Of a stretch of DNA of 37,209 bases, positions 1 to 10,400 are shown in pieces (the first letter of the stretch is position 1; every line of letters starts with the position of its first letter). The notes below the pieces were generated by a model. It saw only the letters and a program-made list of their open reading frames with translations, did not search any database and had not been told where the DNA came from. The translations under genes were made by a program, and so were the position numbers. Source of the stretch: Bigelowiella natans CCMP2755 (taxonomy: Eukaryota; Protista; Cercozoa); contig ADNK01000760.1 in the NCBI GenBank assembly GCA_000320545.1, positions 1-37,209 of the forward strand, in the 5' to 3' direction.

Positions 1-39
1 CCCCCCCCCCCTCCCCCCTCCCCTCGTCATCGAGCTCAC

Positions 40-2525
40 CTAGGATCGATCTTGAGATATTGGGTGCGGTTGAGGGTTGGGTTCCACTGCTTCGGGACAA
101 GATCAGGGTACCTACCCAGAAGAACACAGACGAAAAGAGCACCGATGGATCGATTGATGGTGATGATGGCGGCGAGGGCAGAAAAGAAACTTCACAATGT
201 GGAAGTGTGCGAAGGACGGAGGAGATGGGACTTCGCCGTAAATGTTTGCTGGTGGGCATTGCATATGATGCGCCTGACAGCTTCTCGGGGGTCGGCGGTT
301 GGAAATTGATTGATTGATTGATTGATTGAGGCTACTACTATTACTACTACTACTACTACTACAACTACTACCAGGTCTTATTCCATTTAAAAGGGTTAAT
401 GTTAAGGCGCGAGGTCGGAGGATAGAATGGCTTCCTATACAAAAACCCCAGGATGGCCTGCAAAGGTGAGATTCTTGTAACCGATTGCTTTATTGGATAT
501 TTGATTGATTGATTTTCAATTGTTCAGAGACTTTCCTGGGGAGGAGGAACAGGCATCTCCCCTCTCTGTCTGCGCGCGCGCACGCGTGCGTGTGTATGTG
601 TGCTGGCTGCGACCTCGTCGGTCATGAAGCGGCCCCCAGGGATCTTCCTCCCATGGATATCTGCACCTCCACGTGCGCCAACCTAGCCAAAGCACACATC
701 AAGCAAGCGAAGCAAATCGATGGATGATGGAGATATCCGATCCGACACAGCTGCGTTCAGGCGTCATCATGCGCGTTATATGCAACCTCTACGGGGTTCT
801 CCCGCCATTCCTTTGTGGGGATCATCCCTGTCATATTGAGTCTGATGTAGTTGCTCGTGTCCTCACCGCGCTTGAGAGTGGCAAACGTGTTGGCCCCCGG
901 GTCAGGACCAGCCTGCGTTGTATTAGTAAAATCAATAGTAAGTTTAATAATGATTTAGTAATAATAATGATGATGATAATAGCGAGAGAAGCACGTGCGA
1001 TTCGTGGTGATAGTAGTAGTCATTTGCAGGAAGGGTGCAAACACCAAGTTTGCCTAGCAGGGTATTTTGTGTATTAGACAGCAGCGAATGTCCTCGCCCC
1101 TGCAGATGACCGACAGGTATGCAGCTATACCGTATCGAAAATCAAAAGATGTTAGCATTGCAGCTGCTACCGGCGGGTGCATTGCATCTCGAAGCAATCT
1201 CCCGAACCCGCCTTGTTGTGCTGGGTTACTGTTGAATTGTTCTTCAATCGAGTCCTGCAGTTCATCGCTTTCGTCCTGCACCTCACTCTCAGGCTTTTCC
1301 TCTTTATCCGAGCTTTGCGCTCGAGAGCCGCGGATCTGTGTGATCAATTAAAACAGCATGTGCATCGTTGTAATTAGCAAGCCAGCCAGCTCTCAACGTG
1401 AGCTCTTCGGTGACTGGCACGCCAAGATTCACGGGAATTTCTCTATTTTAGACACTCGGCAGAATTAGCGCACTGCCTTTAGCATTTGGACGAGAAAAGC
1501 GGATCCCAGGCACTCCAAGAGGAATGGCGTGTTCCTAATACCCCCAAACAACACAAGACTCTCTTCAAAACCGTTGTTCATCGGTACTGATGCATACTCC
1601 CAACCTCTTATTGGTCCCGCATCTCCGCAGAACTGAAGAAGAATGGAGCGTTGGCTCGCTTGGGGAGGGACGGGTTCCCTTCGTTGAGCTGAACGTTATT
1701 TGTGCTTTATTAGAACTGATGTACATGTTGGAATCGGGTCGGTCGGGTCAGTCGTTACTTACGCTGTATAACTAATATTATATTGGAAACAACTGCGTCT
1801 GCACAGCCCCGCCCTTGGGGGTGGAGGGAGGGGGGGGAGAGGGGAAGGGAGAGGGAGATGACTACAAACCTCTCGGTGAGGAAGAGGAGGGGAAGGAGGA
1901 GAAGGGCGAGTAAGCCTACTGAGAAGCGCGGTCTGCGAGTGCAACCACATCGGCCAGCATTGGCAACACTACCCCTGCAGCTTTGATGGTGGCGCTGCAG
2001 CTGCTGCCGGGAGTAGTTAGATTCTCCAAAACGTCTTCTGTGGCCCAAACGAAAAATAGGACGATGGTGGGGACTGCACCTCATTGCCCAGGCTGCAGGC
2101 AGACGGAGCGAAAGAGATTAGGGAGCGTTTTGCACCTTCGCAACGTCGATACGACTACGAGCTTCTTGACTGCTGCTGGCTCAGTTCCTCCGACGCATGC
2201 ACAAAGTCGTTCATTCCACGGTCCTGCCTCTGGCGTAAGCTCTGATCTGGTTTTCCCAAAATGACAGGGCTCGCTGAGATACCCACACCCTTTGTGATCA
2301 ACGATAAGCGACGAAGAGGAGAGAAGCGATGGAAGGGGAGGGCGGTGAGCAGAGGTGGGCGAGCCGTGCAGCGGCACACAGATGCACGAGTCGGTTGCAG
2401 CAGGGGAGCTAACGAACGACGAGCCCCGCAGGAGAAAACTATCTCAGAAGAGCAAGAAAAGTGGGACTAGCACTCCAATCCCCACTGCGGCGGCGGCGGA
2501 CAGACGGCAACAACTCTCGGAACAT
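40..2525 (-). CDS. Multi-exon hypothetical protein, 3'-truncated at window start; 5' end unresolved
   Basis: GT-AG exons 1171-1335, 787-912, 614-682, 372-457, 196-273 and 40-111 splice in phase into one open frame (IRGSRAQSSDKEEKPESEVQDES...HPP/AGPDPGANTFATLKRGEDTSNYIRLNMTGMIPTKEWRENPVE/VGARGGADIHGRKIPGGRFMTDE/AILGFLYRKPFYPPTSRLNINPFKWNKTW/RIICNAHQQTF.../YPDLVPKQWNPTLNRTQYLKIDP). Candidate Arg/Ser-rich upstream exons lie between about 1400 and 2525, so the upper coordinate is approximate. No family recognised. Confidence 0.6.
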
Positions 2526-2733
2526 CTTTTTCCGTTTTTTATCTTTCGCGTCTTTCTAGAAGAACGAGAGGCTTGCGGATTTTTCTCGTAAGACAATCCT
2601 CATGGCTCTGTCGTAGGTAATAAATATAGGATATTCCCAGGGGATTACCGACGACAACGACAACGACGACGACGACGACGACGACAGAGAGAGAGAAGGC
2701 CTCGCAAAACTGCGAGCAAGCCGACGGAGAACA

Positions 2734-4565
2734 ATGGAGGAGCTGCTGAAACAAGTACGGGGCGGCGGCAAAGGGGCTCCGCCTTCACTGCCCAGGGGTG
2801 GGTCGAGGTCGGGGTCGGGGCTGGACTCACAGCAGGCACAACACATTTGGAGCTTCCTAGACGATCTTGCCAACAAGGTGGTGATGCCATGGGAGGAGGT
2901 GGTGGTGTGCGTTTTTCTCTCCTGGGCTTGGGAAACTTGGGAGCAGCGACGACGTGAGAATACCCAAAATGGCGGCCATGGTCGTCAGTGATACACGGGA
3001 AGTTTCGAATGCTTTGATGTTCTCGCTACCGCAGCATATTTCAAAAAAACCTGTCCGATGTCTTTCCGATTCGCTGTTAGGATCCAGAAGAGTACAAGAA
3101 GTTCATGGAGGAGAAGATGAGGGAGGCTAAGCAGGTTATCCTTTAGTCTCATCCAAAACTAAAACCACGTAGTTCAACAGATTGTGTGCAATTATGCAGC
3201 TCGCGAAGACGACTCGGGAACAACGGGAAAAACCTTGCTTCGTTATTTCTAGCACAACCACAGGTCGACGCTCTTGTCTTTCTTGGCGACGATCGATTCA
3301 TAGCCAGCTGCTTGCGATTAGAAACAATCCAAAGAAAGCAGGAATCTTTTATGACGATGTGATTAGTTAAGCAGCAGCAACTCATCATCTCCTCAAGGAC
3401 ACGCCACTTTATTTCTTAATCTTTCTTATCCTTCTTCAGGGACTTCGAACCGTCTATACATAAACTTTCTTAGCTCGTCCCGTTGCCCAGCGTTGCAGAA
3501 GAAAAACGGCAAGCCTGCTGGGTTCAGAATAATTAAATTTGAAAAAAAAACAATTTTCAGATTTTGGATGCAGAACAAAGAAGTGGAAACTACCTGCAAT
3601 GTGTCACGTATCAAGGCACTGAGCATTTGGACCGGCTTCCTATTCTAAATGCCTTGCTAAAAATCTGTTCATTGATTTTTTTCCCAGCTGCTTTATTCCA
3701 TCGCAACTTAAATTTGCTTTGATTGCTTGCTGTTAGTCGTATTGTTAAGACGAATTTCAATTTATGCTGTGTGGTTCTGGTAACCACACACTTTTTGTAA
3801 ATAGTACCATAGGAGAACCCCCTCTCCTCTTTGCTCTGAAGTATTGCACACTGCCGTAGGTCACTAAATTATTGAGCGGGTTGGTGTTGATGATCAGGTT
3901 GAAAACGCCCATTTCCGAAGTAGTGATCCCTTTGCACGTGGGCAAGCTCAACCAAATGAAAGGTTCGGTCGTATCCCTATAACGGAATGTCTTGTGTCTC
4001 CTGCTCGCGAAATATAAACACGCACGCACGCACGCACGCGCGCGCGCGCGCGCGCACACACACACACACACACCCCTTTCTCCGGAATACAGACTACTCT
4101 TACGTCGATGTCATCTTGCATCCTGGAGTGATTGAGCGATCTGGCAAGGAAATGGCGGTACGGCGCGCCATCGGTTTCTGCGTGCGTGAGTGGGCGTTTG
4201 TGCGGAGAGAGAGAGAGAGAGAGAGAGGGAGGGGGAGAGAGAGAGAAAGGGGAAGGAAGAGAAAATAAGTCGTAATGCAACTGATTGTTGTTTTCAGTTC
4301 AAGCTTTACCTCTGCGAAGTGGCAGTGACGCACGTCGAGGAGGACCACAAGCTAACGATCTCTCGTGGTGACTTTGGAGCGCAATATTAAACATTTGTTG
4401 TTGTCCTCCTTCTCATTCGACCCCTACCTTCCGATGTTTCAGCAGCAGCAGCAGCAGCATGTCCTCTTTTTCAAAACGAGGAAAGATGACTGATTAAACC
4501 GCTTCTGTGACGACTATTACCATATCTTAATACATCGTCCGGTTATCTGAAACAACAATCGCATA

Positions 4566-4597
<32 letters not shown>

Positions 4598-4976
4598 AAC
4601 GCCAGGGTATCAGCTTGAGAACGAGCTGAAATATAAAGGGGAGAAGCTTCGAAACATGGCGGCTGCTGCTGCTGCTGCTTCAAAGGTATATTGCTCAGAT
4701 CGACGACATTGCGAGTTCTCCAAACTGTGCTATCTGGCTTCCGTGTGAAAGCCGATTGCCTGTAGTATGAAGGAGGATGAACTCAGGGAAGAGTGACGTG
4801 TCTAGAATATATCCAATCTTCACCAGACGAAACACGCCTACACAGACACGCAAGCACACACGCACACACGCACACACATATACAGAAAGCCCCTCCTTTC
4901 GGGATGCCGCCAATGCCTAAGCCAGGGGCAACTACGACAGCATCAAACTCGGGTACATCGGTTCACGATGGTGTCG

Positions 4977-5059
<83 letters not shown>

Positions 5060-6309
5060 TATGTCTGTGGTGGGCGTTACGCAAAGGCTGAATTTTTTGG
5101 TTGATTTTGATTAGAGATTGTGATGCCGGAGATATTCGCGAGAAAACTAGGTCGTCGCTCCAACTCATGATTACTACTCTTCCTACGCTATTCTGTTACT
5201 GAATAGAAGACAACTCGATGAAAATTGAGTCGAATTTGTGAGAGTGATGCCTGAGAATGATTGCATACCGACACGGCTAGGGTCAGAGGCGTCATCGTCT
5301 TCATCTAGCAACCAACACGCTCAAGGCAAGGGCCGCAACGATAAGCAGACAACAGGGAAACGCCGCCCACTCATCGAGGATATAACCATGGTTGGCTGGG
5401 AAGTTAGTCTAGAAAAAGAACTGTATCGTGCGGTGTGAAGAGAGTTTTATGGTGATGGCGACGACGACGACGATGATGATGATGATAAAGATGAAAATCT
5501 ACTTTTCCTCAGGAGGGTGCCCAAGATCACAGCGGCGGCAAGAAGGTGTGTGAATTGCAACCGAACAGCCTCCTATACCGTATATTCCCGGGGGAAAAGA
5601 GCAACTTGAAAATAAGAAAGCTATGAGAAGGACTAGACTACGATGGATGAGTGCGCGCCTCTACTCACCACCTTCCCTATTTCCATTCCCTCCTTCTCAG
5701 GGTAAATTCTCCGTCGAGTACAAGTTTGACGATGATACGGCAGCAAAGAAGAGGGCCGTGTCAGTAACAGTCAAAATACACTTGGACGATGTGGTCGGTG
5801 TCAGCAGCACATAGAACCGATGGGACATATCCCTGCCGAATGATCGTAAACGTGCGCTTTCGTGTTGTTGAAAGGCACGAACATGAGTACAACAAGCATA
5901 CTTTTTCCTTACGAACATGTCGCCACAGCGTATCTCTGCTTCAATTGAAAAAAATAAGGCAGAGAGGCTATAATACCCTCAGGTGAGTGCGCGGGATATT
6001 GATGCCGATGTTTCAAGTTCTGCAATAAAGATAGACGGTTGCGGATATCACTTCGCGGTAAGCAGCTTATGAACTTTTGAGAGTGCGCGTTGTTATGTTT
6101 CAAAACTTACGCGTCTTAGAGCGCTGGAAAAAACAAATATTCAATTCTAGGTTCCTCTCAAATACGCAATTTTACATGACAAAGCACAAGCGCGTTTCAG
6201 GTATCTGTCGTCATTTGACTTTCTAATCGAAGCTCACAGCATTTCACGTGTCCTTTGCTGCAGCAAGAAGAAGCGTATCCTCACAGTCAAGGCACAGTGC
6301 ATACGATAG
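2734..6309 (+). CDS. PIH1D2: PIH1 domain-containing protein 2-like (R2TP/R2SP-type co-chaperone, CS domain)
   Basis: Spliced protein: MEELLKQ...AQHIWSFLDDLANK/DPEEYKKFMEEKMREAKQ (the PIH1D2-type W..LDDLA..DPE.Y.KF N-terminus), PCFVISS, RLYINFLSS, IPLHVGKL, YVDVILHP, KRRPLIEDI. C-terminal CS-like segment SVTVKIHLDDV/VSARDIDADVS...AQARFSKKKRILTVKAQCIR*, TAG at 6307-6309. All introns can be modelled as GT-AG. Confidence 0.85.
4019..4073. repeat. Compound (CACG)n(CG)n(CA)n microsatellite, intronic
   Basis: Directly visible; uninterrupted purine-pyrimidine alternation. Confidence 0.95.
4977..5056. repeat. Compound (CT)n(GT)n microsatellite, intronic
   Basis: Directly visible in a PIH1D2 intron. 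Confidence 0.95.
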
Positions 6310-7107
6310 GCCATCTCTAATCGGAACAAGATCGATACGTATTCATATATTAACACGTAGATGCTGCAGTCAAAGTGAAACAGCTCCATAGTCGTGACCG
6401 TGCGTTAATACAGATTTAGCTCAGTAGATCGCGTTATTCTGTGTGTATGAGCATTTTAGGTGTGTAGCTATGTATTGTGCTCGTTGTGCTAATTAGCGAA
6501 TTGCAGAGGACTGTATTGATGGCATGGCGTGTGAGCTCCAAATAGTTGCATCATTAATCAACAGTGCGACTGTAAACAACAATTATGCACTCACCACGCA
6601 CGCAGCAATCGAATGCGCGACGCCGAATATAGCTAGATAGACACATGTACGCTTGACATTCTCATGCTATTCTTGCGCGCGCAATGCCCCGTGCACGACC
6701 TGATCACTGCATGCGGATCCTACACTTACTCCCCTCCGTAGCGAAAGCCGGCATCGCAATGTTGAATCGTATTGCGGCACCATGCATAAGTGTACATATA
6801 CGGTTGCATTCACATACGCAAGCACGAGTTCGCGTGCACTAACAATGATACACATCTGATACGATATTGCGAAGTAGTAGTCAACTACAAAACTCATTTG
6901 ATCAATAACGTACATCTTGACTACTTGCTGCACCATCTTTTGGGATTGCAAGCAATCATTACGCCGCCACGCAAACACATTACGCGCGAGCAAATTAAAC
7001 TCGGTCTCTTTTACCATTCCGAGTAGCTTCATAAATAGATGAATAATTTATTGCGTTACATATTTTGAATGTGAAGTATCGATCGACAGCCTTGTGGTAT
7101 CGTTATT

Positions 7108-7379
7108 TTACATCGACCGGAACGTGTACTCTTTCTCATCCTCGTCGCCTCTCTCATTCGGGTCTAAGAGTTTCTTCAAAGCGCTCTGAAGTGCCATCTA
7201 GAGAAGAGACACATCACATTGCATGGTTAGTTGGAAACGCACCGTATTCAAAAATCGTAATTTTGATGCCGACCTCAGACTTTTGAGCATCCATACATGC
7301 CAGTTGAGCCTCCTGAGTTGTTTAATCATGAAAAGTACAATTTGGGCGCAGCCAACATTGATCAACACAATGCAAAGAC

Positions 7380-7426
<47 letters not shown>

Positions 7427-10400
7427 CGTGTGTGCGTGTGCGTGTGCGTGTGCGTGTGCGTGCGTGTGTGTGTAATATGTATTCGATGTGTGTTTTGTCT
7501 CTCTCTCTCTCTCCCACAAGTCACCTTATGGCGTTGTGTTATCCTTTTTATTTGCGGTTCCAAATCCAGATCTCGGATCATGGTATCGAGGGATCTAAAG
7601 AGCAAACGAACCAACGCCATCAGCATTCACTGTTGCGTGTCCTTTCTCATTCGTAAAATTCTGTACTCATCAATCTGGTGGCGAATCAGCTGCCCGAGCT
7701 CCGACTGCAGCTTTGACACGACGAGGCGCTCTTGAAAAAAGAGAGAATATGTTTGATTAGCCTCGTTCGCATCGGTGTGGGGCACAAAGAGCGCTCAACC
7801 TAGCATTATCCACAAATGCTCCAAGAACTGAAACCGAAGGAGCTGGAACAGATATCATGAAGAAGAACACACAGTGCGGCGTCAATTTCCCCTACGCTTC
7901 AATGCGTGGATGTGCGGCTTCAAACAAATAGGAAAAGGCACCTGAATCGACTGGACAGCCCCGTTACGGACCAAGTCGAACGCGCTCTGGCGCTTAGATT
8001 CGCCTCCGTATGCTAGCGGCCATATCGAGGGAGGGGAGGAGGTCGCGTGTTAGCATGATGATGGATGGTGGTAACGCTTGGCTCTACGCAACCGTTAGTT
8101 ACCCAAGGGGAAGGGGTCCAAGATGAGGTTCATCATCGCATCCGCTTTCGTATGTTCTCTGATCATTTCCTGTAGTGATTTTAGAGGTGATAGAGGTGGG
8201 TTGACCAAGGCAGCAGCAAAGATGGAAAAAAGGCTCTTTCCTACCTTGGATTTGCGGCCTGAAGCATTCTCCTCTTTGTAGTTCTGAGGTGGTTCATTCT
8301 CTACGCCTCCCCCCCCTCCTCGATGCTGCTGCTGTATGTTTTTCTTTTTCTTGAGTCCGTGGAGCATCTCCTCAGTGTCATCTGACCAGGGCGTGCCAAA
8401 GATGATACCATAGTTATGAAAGCTTCAAGGCATGCAATTCGATCAGATTCCAAATGGCAAGCGCGAACGTGTGGATCGTGGGTGACATCTCTCTGTCTGG
8501 GCGGCATATCATATCTGTGCTCACCCAATGCGTTTGCAAGGACATCGAATTGGTCTCTCGATTTCGGGGGAGTCACAACAAGCGATCTGGTCTTTTCCTC
8601 GATTCTGCTTCCAAGACTCTCGTACTCGAGCCCTCCTCCTCCTCCTCCGTTTGCTGCTGACGTAGGGGTGGGGGGGGAATCTCGTGGCCCTACCAAACCA
8701 AGGTGGGGATAGAAATGCCGACCACTCAAGACAGTGATGTGTTTGTTGCGTGGGAACACGGTATACTTCATAGGCCAAAAAAATTTGATGGAATAGCTCG
8801 TATCACACAGAAATATGGGGTGGGTGAGTAGACGAGGCACCTGTTGTGGATTGGCTACTAACAGGGACTGTGGCTGGGAGCAACTTGGAGAAGAAGTACT
8901 CGGATCTAAGGATGGTCGCATTTTTGAAGCAAGAGGAGAAGAAGAAGAAGAAGAAGAAGAAGAAGAAGAAGAAGAAGAAGAAGAAGAAGCGCAAAAGTGT
9001 TCTGGTCTCTTCCACAGCGTGTGAGCATGCGCTAATAAAAATACCTTGGGCAGAGCTCAGCAATATGGATGTTCGTTACGCTCCGGAGATACTCATCCAT
9101 TCTAAATTTAATGTGTGAGGGTATATGATCTCTCTTCATTCTCTGTCGCGATGGTGGTGAGGGGCAACGGATCGTCGTACCGTAGTCGCAGGGTTTCCAC
9201 CCATTCATCTACGTTATGAGCGCACATCTTGTTGACCTGATTCGTTCATATATGCAAACAGTATGGTGATCTTCTGTGCTGGTCTTCGCCCATTGCTCGT
9301 GTGGTGAATGATACCTCGCGAAAGAGCTGATGAAACGAATTTAGGATGACGGAATCGCAACGAGACCTGCGCGCAACAACGTATGTACATATTATGCAAC
9401 CCATCAGATTTGGCTCAAAGTGTGTGCTCGAAGGTGGTTTCACTATCGTGAGTGCGAATCGGACGTGATGCTGCGGGGAAGCTTTGAATTTTCACCCAAG
9501 AGCTCCGACTGTCAAAAAAGGAACATGGTGAGTTTGCGGAGGGAAAACATTGCATCCAGATGAAGAAACCGCCACCTGCAGAATGGACGCCCATCTGTTG
9601 ATCGTGTGCTTAAGATGGCGATAGAACCAAGATAAATCGAGGCCGTTCATGCTAAGCGTGAGTCGTGAGAAGACAGATCGATTAAACTACTAGAGCAGGA
9701 AATGCAACTGTACTGTATCTCTAATAACCTTCTCACAACACAGTTACGAATTCCCTTCAGGATATCCCAGCCTCCACGAACCTGACATTCAAGAAAACCC
9801 CAAAAAGCGCATCATTGCCACCCGCAAGACAACACCGAGCCCAGGCATTTACCTGCCCTGTAGGCTCGCAGTAAATGCGAATATCTTCGTCGGAAAACTT
9901 CTCGATCGGGGAGGATAATATCTGGATCATAACATCGACACAACCATCACATACGCACGATCTGAAAGCAGCATCGGTTCTTGACAGAGCCGCACCTGTA
10001 ACCGCACAACCGAGAGCAGGCGTCTGAGTATCGATGTCCCATACAGTCGACTGGAACATCGCACACAAGAGCACACTGTCAGCTGCAAATGGAGACTTAT
10101 TTTGATGTTCACGCTCTTACCTGTTCAGATACGCTTCTAGCTGTATTGCTAAGTCCTAACATCAATATGCTGCTGTAAGGCCATACGACGTTCTGAATAG
10201 ATATCTGCTTGTGATAACCTTGTTCGAAAGATTTTTAGAGATAGTATAGATCCGCTTCTTCATCTGCAAAATCGACAAATAGGAATCATTTTGCAGGCAG
10301 ACAGAAGCACAAACGGCTGGTGGATGCAGAAGGGAATCTTCACACCGCGAATGGAAGTTGGGTATTTGAATGTTCCAACTCGTCTTCAAATGCTAGTCCG

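Noticed and set aside
1046-1099. Candidate exon in gene 1
   Set aside because: Its phase is incompatible with the next exon; splicing 1171 directly to 912 keeps the frame.
3509-3620. GC-AG introns and an extra exon in PIH1D2
   Set aside because: A GT donor at 3522 spliced to the acceptor at about 3897 gives an in-phase, sensible protein (KKNGKPAG/LKTPISEVVIPLHVG).
6667-7032. 121-aa and 78-aa ORFs in the convergent spacer
   Set aside because: No recognisable motif, and the composition is explained by the purine-pyrimidine alternating spacer.
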